A stretch of DNA of 64,000 bases from Alphaproteobacteria bacterium (GTDB taxonomy: Bacteria; Pseudomonadota; Alphaproteobacteria; MPNO01; UBA830). The stretch's first letter is position 1. Each line of letters opens with the position of its first letter. Below the pieces are notes generated by a model, which saw only the letters and a list, made by a program, of their open reading frames with translations, ran no database searches and was not told the DNA's origin. The translations under genes and the position numbers were made by a program. Shown here one piece after another: positions 31,846 through 40,904 of this stretch. The stretch spans positions 576,001 through 640,000 of the forward strand of contig OZ219791.1 in NCBI GenBank assembly GCA_964291215.2. The letters are read 5' to 3'.

Positions 31846-32483
31846 GTCATCAGTATCCGGTTTTCGCGCAGGAAATCGAGCAACGGCAGAAGCGACAGCC
31901 CCAGGATCGTGAAATGATCGCCCCTGATGCGCCGAAAAAGCTGTACGCCGAACTCTTCCACGCGGTAGGCACCCGGGCCGTTCAGGATCTCGCCGCCTGC
32001 CGCATCGAGATAACTCTCGATGAACGCATCGCTGACGTTCCGCATCTCCATGAGCGCGGTATCGGATGCCTGCCAAAGACGTCGACCGTCGCGCCACATC
32101 ACCGCATAGCTGACAAGGCTATGCTGCCTGCCGCGCAGCGCCTTCAACTGTGCAGACGCCTCCATGCGCGTTGCCGGCTTGTCGTACTGGGTTTCCTCGC
32201 ATTCCAGCACCTGGTCCGCACCCAGCACCATCCGTCCCGGATGCCTGCCCGAAACTCGTGAAGCCTTTGCATCCGCAAGGACTTCGGCGATGGTAGCGGC
32301 CACAGCGTTCTCGGCACGCAAGCTTCGCTTAACTTTTTCCTCGTCGACAAGGGCCGGATCGACATCGAAAGGCACGCCGCACGCCTCAAGGAGAGCCTGT
32401 CTGCTTCGGCTTGACGATGCAAGAACGATACGTTCCCCTGACGCACCGGCAAGCACCGGCAAGCTTTGTTCCGGTCTTTCCAT
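31842..32483 (-). CDS. maf: Maf-like nucleotide pyrophosphatase
   Basis: IVLASSSRSR, LGADQV and DHFTILGLSL motifs; first gene of maf-aroE-coaE-dnaQ. Confidence 0.92.
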   Translation of the reverse strand: MERPEQSLPVLAGASGERIVLASSSRSRQALLEACGVPFDVDPALVDEEKVKRSLRAENAVAATIAEVLADAKASRVSGRHPGRMVLGADQVLECEETQYDKPATRMEASAQLKALRGRQHSLVSYAVMWRDGRRLWQASDTALMEMRNVSDAFIESYLDAAGGEILNGPGAYRVEEFGVQLFRRIRGDHFTILGLSLLPLLDFLRENRILMT

Positions 32484-32599
32484 CGATTTACACCTGCCGC
32501 GCACCAGCCCGACGGAACTCTTACCCAGGCAAACGGTGCATATCGCCAGAATAGCCTGTTGAGAGACGAGGAAAAACGCACGCCACCAACGGAAAACGA

Positions 32600-32895
32600 A
32601 AATTTGTTCCCGATCGCCCGATTTGTTCCATATGTTTTCCAGAACTGAACCGATTTTGCCACAAGTCGGGAAAACCGGCTTGTCCACCACCCCATCAGCG
32701 TGGCATTCACGGAGGTTCATCGCATGCAAAGGCTAACGTTGACGGCAGCCACCGAATTTTCAACATCTTATCCAACACATAATTCACCGAATGTTTCACT
32801 TATGGATATCGTGTGCATAATCTTGTCATCCCCGGAATTCACATTCTCATACTACTACTGCTATATAGATTAATTCTTTTAAAAATTAATCTTTG
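32600..32895. other. Putative chromosomal replication origin oriC
   Basis: Locally AT-rich region between maf and hemE. Consensus DnaA box TGTGCATAA at 32812-32820, degenerate boxes (TTTGCCACA, TTGTCCACC, TTATCCAAC, TCATCCCCG, GAATTCACA), ATACTACTACTGCTA trio-like run at 32849-32863, then an AT-rich tract to about 32894. Confidence 0.85.
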
Positions 32896-33019
32896 CAGCT
32901 ACCCTGGTACCCGACTGGGGCTGAATATGTAGTGACGTTGGTCGCGTGGGTGCCGTTTTGGGTGTCATCGAGTTGTTGATTCCGGGAGGCTTGCCTCTAT
33001 AGGCCGGGACAACGACGAT

Positions 33020-33521
33020 CAGGGTCCCGGTCTTCAGCGTGCGGAACCAGGTCTCGATAACAGGACCCGGGAGGCCAGCCCGCAAACCTGGACGCCGGGA
33101 AGAAACCGATGATGGCAGATCACGCGCCTGATGTTGGCGGCGCGGGCGTCGGCAGACCATCCACTTGTCCCGCGCCCGCAGCTGCCAGGTCGCGAAGCCG
33201 ATCCCGCGTGCCGTGGTGCTGCGAGCGGACCCGATAGCGCATCTGGCCGCGCCTCCCGGAGCTGGCGATCGTCGGTGCCACCCACCGGCGAGACCGGACC
33301 GAGATCCTGCAGCAGGCGGGCGAGCCCGGTACGTCATCGGACGGGACGGCGGGCACGACGGTCGGGGACGCGCCGTGGCGGCGGAAGCTCGAGACCCACG
33401 CGCTTGGCGAGCGCCGGCAGCGCCTGCCGCCGACAGGCACGGACGACCAGGCGCGTTGCGCCAGCCGGTGCGCTCGCGTGACCAATGGACGGCAACCCGC
33501 CGCCGGAACCACAAGCTGCAT
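33020..33521 (-). pseudogene. Degraded DUF4338 (DruA-like)/IS4-family transposase fragment B
   Basis: Scattered across frames: MQLVVPAA, GWRNAPGRPCLSA, LPALAKRVGLELPP, GQMRYRVRS, GIGFATWQLRARDKW, GWSADARAANIRRVICHHRFLPGV, then IETWFRTLKTGT (IS4-type DDE helix). Recognised from memory of such fusions. Confidence 0.6.
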
Positions 33522-33629
33522 CTCGTCTCGCTCGCACGATATCGACAAGGCGGAACCCCGGACCGTCTGTAGACAACCACGGAAAACACCATCGCGGACA
33601 CCCGCAAAAACCTTGCCAGGAAACATGGA

Positions 33630-33976
33630 TGCTCGGGATTCCAGGTCGCCATCATCACCAGGTGCTTGTCCTCGCCGTCGCCGACCGGATCCACGGTGAC
33701 CTCGCCAGGCTCCTCCGGAGAACATGCGAGTGGCTTGTCGGTACAGTCCCGCTCAAGGGTGTCGAGGCCATGAGGCCTTGGTGGAGGAAGGACGATGCCG
33801 AGCGCCGAGGCAAGATCAGGTAGGGCCGCACGCGGCAAGGCACAGTTCACCCTTCGCGTTGCGTCAGTCCTCGCGCTCGCACAATCCCTGCGCCAAGGCG
33901 TGCTGCTCTCGGCAACCGATGTCGCCTTCAGCCAATCAACCGTCGTCGTGGACAGATGTCGAAAGTCAATTCTCAT
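33630..33976 (-). pseudogene. Second N-terminal fragment (A) of a related DUF4338/IS4-type element
   Basis: MRIDFRHLSTTTVDWLK...RAALPDLASALGIVLPPPR...LACS..GEVTVDPV..MMAT. It parallels the LPALAKRVGLELPPPR segment of fragment B. Confidence 0.5.
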
Positions 33977-34093
33977 GCGCCACTATATAGGGCCTCATGA
34001 ACGTTGAAAGAGGCGCGGCTTTAACACTGGCTGACGCCAGCCGGACCGAAAAAAGCTCTCGCTTTTGATGCCACGCCGTGTCATATTGCCGGC

Positions 34094-34483
34094 ATGGATC
34101 AGACACCGCAGTTCGCCGCCCAGATTTCTCCTTGGCTGACACCGGTCGTCCTGCTGACCGTTCTCGGTCTCATGTGGCGCAGCATGCTGCGGCTCGAAGA
34201 CCGGCTCAGCAAGCGCATCGACGACACGAACAAGCGTATCGACGACACCAACAGGCGCATCGACGAAACCGCCGCCGCGCTCGTCAAACGCATCGACGAC
34301 ACCACCGCTGCGCTCGTCAAACGCATCGACGACACCACCGCCGCGCTTGGCGCACGCATCGACGGAATCGACAACCGGCTGCGGGCGCTTGAGACCGGCC
34401 AGGCGGAGATCAAGGGAAAGCTCGACTTCGTCGAAGCATACATCCTTGGACGCAACGCCCCCGGAACCGCGCCTGCGGAGTGA
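34094..34483 (+). CDS. Small membrane-anchored coiled-coil protein with internal KRIDDT repeats
   Basis: Intact 129-aa ORF: N-terminal hydrophobic helix (WLTPVVLLTVLGLMW), then 7-aa and 11-aa repeats. Confidence 0.75.
   Translation: MDQTPQFAAQISPWLTPVVLLTVLGLMWRSMLRLEDRLSKRIDDTNKRIDDTNRRIDETAAALVKRIDDTTAALVKRIDDTTAALGARIDGIDNRLRALETGQAEIKGKLDFVEAYILGRNAPGTAPAE
34211..34366 (+). repeat. Intragenic tandem repeat: 2x21 bp + 3x33 bp + partial unit, core CGCATCGACGACAC
   Basis: Units begin at 34211, 34232, 34253, 34286, 34319 and 34352. Confidence 0.9.
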
Positions 34484-34533
34484 TCCGGCGGCTCGGGGCG
34501 GCACGCATCCCGCATTGAGCCGCCTGTCCGCAT

Positions 34534-34905
34534 TCACCGAGCGAATGTGGACAGGACCGGATGAAGGGTTCGGCGCGGCCAGTCCCGCAGCAGGTCGTCG
34601 TACAACGCCGAGGGGCGGCCCGAGACCATCACCTGAAACGGCAGCCCCTTGAGCAGTTCAAGGAGTTCGACATGGTCGGTGTAGTCGTGACGGTACCGCC
34701 GGCCCGACCGGCGCGTCGCCTGCAGGGATCGCTGCAGACCAGTTCCGTGCCCCGGAACGCAAGGCCGGCCAGGAACGCGTGGGCGCCGGCGCTTCATCAG
34801 CACGCCGCCTCCGAGATGCGTTTCCACATACAGATCATGCGGGGGCCGGAGCCCCGGAAGCAGCTGGCACAGCCCGCTCGTCGCCTTCGATCCAAAGTAG
34901 CCCAC
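34534..34905 (-). pseudogene. Internally deleted D12-class DNA adenine methyltransferase remnant
   Basis: GYFGSKATSGLCQ...PPHDLYVETHLGGG (motif I-like), then RYRHDYTDHVELLELLKGLPFQVMVSG..SALYD. The catalytic DPPY region is absent. Confidence 0.7.
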
Positions 34906-35091
34906 TGGCGGTCCCCATCGTTCTCGATGACCGTCACTGAACGAATCGGGCTGCAATGTCAAATCTCCACGAGAACCCGTTCGTTGCTCTACCCCGACAT
35001 CAAGCCGGAACCAGGGGGTGAGCAGTTACTTTTATTCTCTGACAGATCCCGCTATGGCGGATGGCATGTCCGTTGTGATATTGCATCGTTC

Positions 35092-36126
35092 ATGAACCTC
35101 ACGCAAAAGCCCCTTCTTGCGGCCCTTGGTAACCGGAGAATGGATCCGCCTCCAATCTGGCTCATGCGCCAGGCTGGGCGGTACCTTCCCGAATACAGGT
35201 CTATGCGGGCCGGGGCCGGAAGTTTTCTGGATCTCTGCCTCGATCCGGCGAAGGCTGCCATCGTCACCCTCCAGCCGATCTCGCGCTTCGGATTTGACGC
35301 TGCGATCCTGTTCTCTGATATTCTCGTCGTTCCCCACGCTCTTGGCCAGAAAGTGGATTTCGAGACCGGGATAGGCCCGACGACCGTTCCCGTGAGGAAC
35401 GGTGGCGACCTGGCGAAGCTGTCGACGGAGCGGGTGCATGATCTCCTGTCTCCGGTATACGAGACCGTGGAACGGGCAGCGCACGGAATGCCCGACGATG
35501 TTGCGTTGATAGGCTTTGCCGGAGCGCCATGGACGGTTGCTACCTACATGGTCGAGGGTGGCGCCAGCCGCGACCATGCCGCGACAAGGGCCTGGGCGCT
35601 GGGCGCGCCCGAGGACTTCGAACGCCTGATCGACATGCTCGTGGAGGTTATCGCGGAGTTTCTCATCCGTCAGGTAGCTGCGGGTGCCGAAGCGCTCCAG
35701 ATCTTCGACAGCTGGGCAGGGGCTCTTTCGGCTCATGCCTTCGCGAGATACTCGCTGGAGCCGATCCGCAGGATTGCCGCCCGCATAAAGCGCACCTGTC
35801 CGCAGGTTCCGGTGATCGCCTTTCCTCGGGGCGTTCCGCTGCAGTTGCCGAGATTCGCGTCGGCCAGTGAAATCGACGCGGTCTCGATCGATCATACAAC
35901 CGATCCGCAATGGGTCGCCGAGCGTATACAGCCTGCAGTTCCGGTTCAGGGCAATCTGGATCCGGCGCTGCTGCTCACCGGAGGCGCCGAGATGGTCAGG
36001 GCGGCGCGGGAAATCGTCGAAACCTTCTCGGGCGGCGCCCATGTCTTCAACTTGGGCCACGGAGTTCTGCCCGCGACGCCGGTCGAACATGTCCGGGATC
36101 TCGTGCGGACGATCCGCGGAGAGTGA
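35092..36126 (+). CDS. hemE: Uroporphyrinogen decarboxylase
   Basis: PPIWLMRQAGRYLPEY, AAILFSDIL, QGNLDP and FNLGHG motifs. Confidence 0.97.
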   Translation: MNLTQKPLLAALGNRRMDPPPIWLMRQAGRYLPEYRSMRAGAGSFLDLCLDPAKAAIVTLQPISRFGFDAAILFSDILVVPHALGQKVDFETGIGPTTVPVRNGGDLAKLSTERVHDLLSPVYETVERAAHGMPDDVALIGFAGAPWTVATYMVEGGASRDHAATRAWALGAPEDFERLIDMLVEVIAEFLIRQVAAGAEALQIFDSWAGALSAHAFARYSLEPIRRIAARIKRTCPQVPVIAFPRGVPLQLPRFASASEIDAVSIDHTTDPQWVAERIQPAVPVQGNLDPALLLTGGAEMVRAAREIVETFSGGAHVFNLGHGVLPATPVEHVRDLVRTIRGE

Positions 36127-36132
36127 CGAGAC

Positions 36133-37158
36133 ATGCGTCGTATCGCCGTCATTGCCTTCAATCTTGGGGGCCCCGACCGTCCGGAAGCCGTGGAACCGTT
36201 TCTGAGGAACCTGTTTTCGGATCCATTCATCCTTCGCGTTCCGTGGCCGGTCCGCATCTGCCTTGCCTGGTTCATCGCCCGCCGGAGGTCGCGGATCGCG
36301 ACTGGAATCTATGACCGGATCGGGGGCGGCTCCCCGATCCTGGAGGAGACCCGGAAACAGGCGGAAGCGCTTGAACGGGAGCTGTCCGACAGCCAGGAAT
36401 CGTATCGCGTTTTCGTGGCCATGCGGTACTGGCACCCGATGGCGGAGGAAGTGGCCTTCGATGTCGCCGACTGGCAACCCGACGCCACGGTTCTTCTGCC
36501 GCTCTATCCCCAGTTCTCGACAACGACGACACAATCGTTCCTGAGCGCTTGGAAACAGGCCGTGGGCGTGGCCGGCCTCGCGGTTCCGGAGTCGGTGATC
36601 TGCTGCTGGCCGGAACTTGCAGGGTTCGTGGATGCCATGGCGCGACGGATATCGGACGCGCTCCAACGGTTGCCGGAAGGAACGCGGTCGCGAATCCTCT
36701 TTTCGGCTCACGGCCTGCCGCGAAAGTTCGTCGAGGACGGGGATCCCTACGCGGACCGGATCGCGCGGAGCGTGGCCGCCATCGTTGCCCGGTTACCGGC
36801 GCCCGATCACGTCATCTGCTATCAGAGCAGGGTTGGCCGCCTGGAATGGCTTCGGCCCTATGCGGAGGAGGAGATCAGGCGCGCCGGCGCCGAAGGCCTC
36901 TCGCTCGTGGTCGTTCCCGTCTCCTTCGTCAGCGAACACTCCGAGACCCTGGTCGAGCTTGACATCGACTATGCCGAGCTCGCGGCTTCGTGCGGGGTCC
37001 CGCACTATCTTCGCGTGCCCGCAGTCGGCGACGATCCGCTGTTCATTGCCGGTCTCGCCGGAATGGTGCGGCAGATCGCCGGGCCGGGTGTGGCCGCCGA
37101 GGGTGCTGCTTGCGGTTCGGGCTTCGGCTGCTGTCCGGCTGGAGCGGCCGGGACATGA
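36133..37158 (+). CDS. hemH: Ferrochelatase
   Basis: NLGGP, LPLYPQFS, FSAHGLP and SEHSETLVELD motifs. Confidence 0.97.
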   Translation: MRRIAVIAFNLGGPDRPEAVEPFLRNLFSDPFILRVPWPVRICLAWFIARRRSRIATGIYDRIGGGSPILEETRKQAEALERELSDSQESYRVFVAMRYWHPMAEEVAFDVADWQPDATVLLPLYPQFSTTTTQSFLSAWKQAVGVAGLAVPESVICCWPELAGFVDAMARRISDALQRLPEGTRSRILFSAHGLPRKFVEDGDPYADRIARSVAAIVARLPAPDHVICYQSRVGRLEWLRPYAEEEIRRAGAEGLSLVVVPVSFVSEHSETLVELDIDYAELAASCGVPHYLRVPAVGDDPLFIAGLAGMVRQIAGPGVAAEGAACGSGFGCCPAGAAGT

Positions 37159-37598
37159 CGGTCGCCGGCCTTTATCCTTGGCTCAAGGCGCTTCACATCA
37201 TCAGCGTCATCGCGTGGATGGCGGCAATGCTCTATCTGCCGAGGCTCTTCGTGTATCATGCCGACGCCGAGTCGGGGTCGGACAAGTCGGAAACCTTCAA
37301 GATCATGGAACGGCGACTGCTGCGCGCGATCATGACGCCGGCAATGGTCGCAAGCCTCCTGTTCGGGGGAGCGCTGCTGCTGATGCCCGGAATCGTCGAC
37401 TGGCATGCGGGCTGGATGTGGATCAAGATCGTCATGGTCGCCGGCCTCCTGATCATCCATGAGCGGCTGGCCAGATGGCAGCGGGACTTCGCCCGCGACC
37501 GCAACAGGAAGACGGCACGGTTCTACAGGATGGTCAACGAGGTCCCTGCGGTCCTGGTCATCGCGACGGTCGTGCTTGCGGTCGTGAAGCCGTTCTAG
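37155..37598 (+). CDS. hemJ: Protoporphyrinogen IX oxidase HemJ
   Basis: WLKALHIISVIAWMAAMLYLPRLFVYH, MERRL and NEVP...VVKPF motifs. Confidence 0.95.
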   Translation: MTVAGLYPWLKALHIISVIAWMAAMLYLPRLFVYHADAESGSDKSETFKIMERRLLRAIMTPAMVASLLFGGALLLMPGIVDWHAGWMWIKIVMVAGLLIIHERLARWQRDFARDRNRKTARFYRMVNEVPAVLVIATVVLAVVKPF

Positions 37599-37620
37599 CC
37601 GGGGAAAGGGGAGACATGCG

Positions 37621-38805
37621 GTGGCAGCGCAGAAGATACTGATCGTTGGCGCAGGTCTTGGCGGGCTGGCCGCCGCCGGGTGCCTGTTGCGGGCCGGCTA
37701 CGAGGTTGAGGTCTACGAGCAGGCTCCGGCGCTCGGGGAGATCGGCGCCGGCATCCAGGTCAGCGCGAACGCGATGCATGTCCTCGATCACCTCGGGATC
37801 GGCGGCGAGGTGTCGGCGCGGTCGGTCCGCCCGGCCGCTTACGTATTTCGCCTCCACGACACCGGGGAGGTCATCGACCGGTTCGCGCTGGCGGTCGATC
37901 ACGAGCGGATGCACAAGGCGCCCTACAACCAGATTCACCGCGCCGACCTGCACCAGCTGCTTGCCGGCGCGGTGATGAAGGCGGACCCGGACACGATCCG
38001 GCTCAACCGGCGGGTTATCGGGTTCGACGAGGACGGCAGCGGGGTCACACTCCATTTCGAGGGGCATCCGAGCATCAGGGGTGATCTTCTGGTCGGCGCC
38101 GACGGCGTCAAGTCGGTGATACGGGACAACATTTCCGGGCACGTGGAGGCGGAGTATACCGGCGATTCCGCATGGCGGCTCACGATTCCGCGTGAGAAGC
38201 TCCCGCCCGACTTCATGCCCGAGGTCATGTCGGTGTGGATGGGGCCGGGCAAGCATGCCGTCTCGTACTGGATCCGGAATGGAGATCTGCTCAACTTCGT
38301 CGGGGCGGTCGAGACGCCGGTCGCTACCGAGGAATCCTGGACGCTGAAATTTCCTTGGGAGGAATTGCGGGCCGATTTCGAGGAGTGGCACCGTGACATC
38401 GCGACGGTCATCGATCTTGCCGACCGCGAACAATGCTATCGCTGGGCGCTCTACCGGCGTCCGACGATAGACAACTGGAGCACGGCCCGCGCCACCATTC
38501 TCGGCGATGCGGCCCACGCAACGCTGCCCTACCTGGCCCAGGGCGCGGCGATGGCCATCGAGGATGGCGCCGTGCTTGCGCGTGCGCTGAAGCAGTGCGC
38601 CGAACCGGGCGAAGCGTTTCGCCTCTACGAGAGAAACCGCGCCAGCCGCACCGCGCGGGTCGTCAGCGCATCGGACTCCAACCGGCGGCTGTTCCATCTG
38701 GAAAGCGTGGAAGAGATCAAGCGGATCTTTGCCGAGCGTGACGAAGGGGACGACCGCAACAGCTGGCTTTATTCGTACAACCCGCTGACGGTCGAGCTGT
38801 CATGA
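37621..38805 (+). CDS. FAD-dependent monooxygenase (salicylate/3-hydroxybenzoate hydroxylase-like)
   Basis: GAGLGG, GADG and GDAAHATLPYLAQGAAMAIEDG motifs. Confidence 0.92.
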   Translation: MAAQKILIVGAGLGGLAAAGCLLRAGYEVEVYEQAPALGEIGAGIQVSANAMHVLDHLGIGGEVSARSVRPAAYVFRLHDTGEVIDRFALAVDHERMHKAPYNQIHRADLHQLLAGAVMKADPDTIRLNRRVIGFDEDGSGVTLHFEGHPSIRGDLLVGADGVKSVIRDNISGHVEAEYTGDSAWRLTIPREKLPPDFMPEVMSVWMGPGKHAVSYWIRNGDLLNFVGAVETPVATEESWTLKFPWEELRADFEEWHRDIATVIDLADREQCYRWALYRRPTIDNWSTARATILGDAAHATLPYLAQGAAMAIEDGAVLARALKQCAEPGEAFRLYERNRASRTARVVSASDSNRRLFHLESVEEIKRIFAERDEGDDRNSWLYSYNPLTVELS

Positions 38806-39960
38806 TCCGGACGGCAGGCCAAGAATTCTCCTGGCGATGATATTCCGCTGGATCTCGCTCGATCCGCCATAGATCGTTGCGCGCCGCGTCTGCAGCAGGA
38901 GCGACGCGGCGTCCGCGTGCTCTGTCCCGACGCCGCCTATCATCGCGCCATGAATGCCGGCCGCCTCGACCAGCAGGTCGGCGATCTTCTGCAGCAGCTC
39001 GGTGCCCGTGATCTTCAGGAGTGACGCCTCGACGCCGAGAGATCCGCCGGCATTGGCGATTTCGGCGGCGTGGGCGAACATGGCCGAAAACGCAACCACC
39101 TCGACATCGATGGCGGCCAGCCTGTCGCGGAATCCGGGATCGTCCATCGCTCCGCTCGACACCGCCGCCTCACGGGTGCGCCACAGGGCGTCATGCAGCA
39201 GCTGCGGGTTTGCGGTCACGAGCCGCTCGTGCGCGAGCAGGGCGTTAGCTATGCGCCAGCCGTCATGGAGGCTTCCGACGAGGTTCTCCATCGGCACGCG
39301 CACGCCGTCGAGGAACACCTCTGCGAACTCGTCATCCCCGGCAATGGTGCGGATCGGCCGCACCGTGACGCCGGGAGCGCGCATGTCAACCAGAACGAAA
39401 CTCAAGCCCGCTTGCTTGCGCGGCGCCTCAGGATCGGAATGCACGAGCGCGAACATCCAGTCCGCATGGTGGGCCCATGTCGTCCAGATCTTGGATCCGG
39501 TCACGATCAGATGTTCGCCGTCGATGTGCGCTGCGGTCGAGAGGCTTGCCAGGTCCGATCCGGCGCCCGGTTCGGAATAGCCCTGGCACCAGAGCTCGTC
39601 GCCAGAGAGGATTGGCGGGAGAAAGCGGCGCTTCTGGGCGCCGGTGCCGTGGGACATGAGGATCGGGCCTATATGGTAGAGGCCCTGCGCTGATATCTCC
39701 GGGGCTCCGGCCCGCGCGAGTTCCTCGCGGACTATGATCTGCCGGTCGAGTGTGTCCTCGCCGCCGCCATGCTCGCGCGGCCAGTGAAGCGCGATCCATC
39801 CCCGGTCATGGAGCCGGCGATGCCACCACATCGCGCGCTCGACGGATGGTCGCGTCGGAAGCCCCCGCAGATCGCCAGGCAGGTTGGCGTCGATCCAGGC
39901 CCGCACCTCGTCCCTGAAACGCGCGTCTTCGGGGCTGTCGTTCCGGAAACTGAAGGCCAT
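38800..39960 (-). CDS. Acyl-CoA dehydrogenase family protein
   Basis: WCQGYSEPGAGSDLASL, GSKIWT and IYGGSSEIQRNII motifs. Confidence 0.93.
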   Translation of the reverse strand: MAFSFRNDSPEDARFRDEVRAWIDANLPGDLRGLPTRPSVERAMWWHRRLHDRGWIALHWPREHGGGEDTLDRQIIVREELARAGAPEISAQGLYHIGPILMSHGTGAQKRRFLPPILSGDELWCQGYSEPGAGSDLASLSTAAHIDGEHLIVTGSKIWTTWAHHADWMFALVHSDPEAPRKQAGLSFVLVDMRAPGVTVRPIRTIAGDDEFAEVFLDGVRVPMENLVGSLHDGWRIANALLAHERLVTANPQLLHDALWRTREAAVSSGAMDDPGFRDRLAAIDVEVVAFSAMFAHAAEIANAGGSLGVEASLLKITGTELLQKIADLLVEAAGIHGAMIGGVGTEHADAASLLLQTRRATIYGGSSEIQRNIIARRILGLPSGS

Positions 39961-40003
39961 GGTCCGGCGCCGCGTTCACCGGCTTGTGGCCGGACGCGTC
40001 CGC

Positions 40004-40870
40004 TCATGCACGGCCGTGGACGCGGCCGAGAAAGGCAAGAACATCCGCGTTGAAGCGTTCGGCGTGCTCGATGTTCGGGCAGTGGCCGCATTGTTCGTAG
40101 ACATGGTGTTCGTTTTCGGGAATGCGCCGGGCGAGGTCTGCGGAATAGCCGGGCTCGCGCAGCGGATCGTTGGCGCCGGCGATGATGAGAACCGGCACCT
40201 TGATGCGTTCATAGGCCGTGTTGTCCGGCACCCCGAAACCCTGTTCGGCCCGCCCGTCGCCTTCCGGCTTCTTCTCCGGACGCTTGAGGCGCGGCGCCGA
40301 GGCGCATTCGAACGCGCCCGGCAGCAACGCGAGCTCCTGGCGCTTCGCGACATAAGCGTCGTCGTCGCCCCACCGTGGATCATGCAGCATCGCATGGAGC
40401 AAGTCGCGCATTGCTTCCGCCGAGCAGTCATAGGCGAGGAGAGTCTTTCTCTCCTCGGTCAACGGCGTGAAGCCGCCGCCCGAACACAGCACGGCGGACC
40501 GCACCGGGAGGATCGGCGGCGGGTCGGAGATTATTCGCGCAAGATTGGAGCCTCCCATCGAATTGCCGATGAAGTCGGCCTCGCGGATGCCGAGCACCTC
40601 GAAGAACCGCTTCATGTGGCCGTAGACCCGCCCGCGGGCATCGGCAAAGTCGTAGACCTTGTCGGTGCGGCCGAAGCCGAGCCAGTCGGGGGCGACCACG
40701 TGATAATGCGGCGCCAGCGACGGAATCGTGAATTCCCAGCTGATTTCCGCGGCGCCGCCGAACTCGCCGGAATGCAGGAGCGCTACGGTCGGCGCGTCGG
40801 GATCTCCGGCTTCGAGATAGTGTGTCGCGATGCCGTCCACCGCGACATGTCTGGAATGGATGTCAGCCAT
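40004..40870 (-). CDS. Alpha/beta hydrolase (meta-cleavage C-C hydrolase-like)
   Basis: LLHSGEFGG, PDWLGFG, GNSMGG and CGHCP motifs. Confidence 0.88.
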   Translation of the reverse strand: MADIHSRHVAVDGIATHYLEAGDPDAPTVALLHSGEFGGAAEISWEFTIPSLAPHYHVVAPDWLGFGRTDKVYDFADARGRVYGHMKRFFEVLGIREADFIGNSMGGSNLARIISDPPPILPVRSAVLCSGGGFTPLTEERKTLLAYDCSAEAMRDLLHAMLHDPRWGDDDAYVAKRQELALLPGAFECASAPRLKRPEKKPEGDGRAEQGFGVPDNTAYERIKVPVLIIAGANDPLREPGYSADLARRIPENEHHVYEQCGHCPNIEHAERFNADVLAFLGRVHGRA

Positions 40871-40904
40871 TGTGCTCTCGTGACAAGGGCGCCCGGACGG
40901 ATGG

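Noticed and set aside
32602-32639. ATTTGTTCC direct repeat / LexA-like GTTC-N7-TTTC upstream of maf
   Set aside because: Only two short copies and a mismatched LexA box; not distinguishable from chance in an AT-richer region.
32792-32807. Possible parS site (TGTTTCAC...)
   Set aside because: Only the left half of TGTTTCACGTGAAACA matches.
32870-32889. CtrA sites in the AT-rich tract
   Set aside because: The TTAA words are spaced 5, 3 and 12 nt apart, not 7.
32879-33976. 365-aa ORF as a real gene
   Set aside because: It is a chance read-through of transposase fragments lying in several frames, and it runs into the origin.
34211-34366. CRISPR-like array
   Set aside because: Units are contiguous in-frame coding repeats with no unique spacers, and there are no cas genes.
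34561-35091. Long N-terminal extension of hemE (521-aa ORF)
   Set aside because: It overlaps the antisense methylase relic. HemE similarity begins at ATG 35092.
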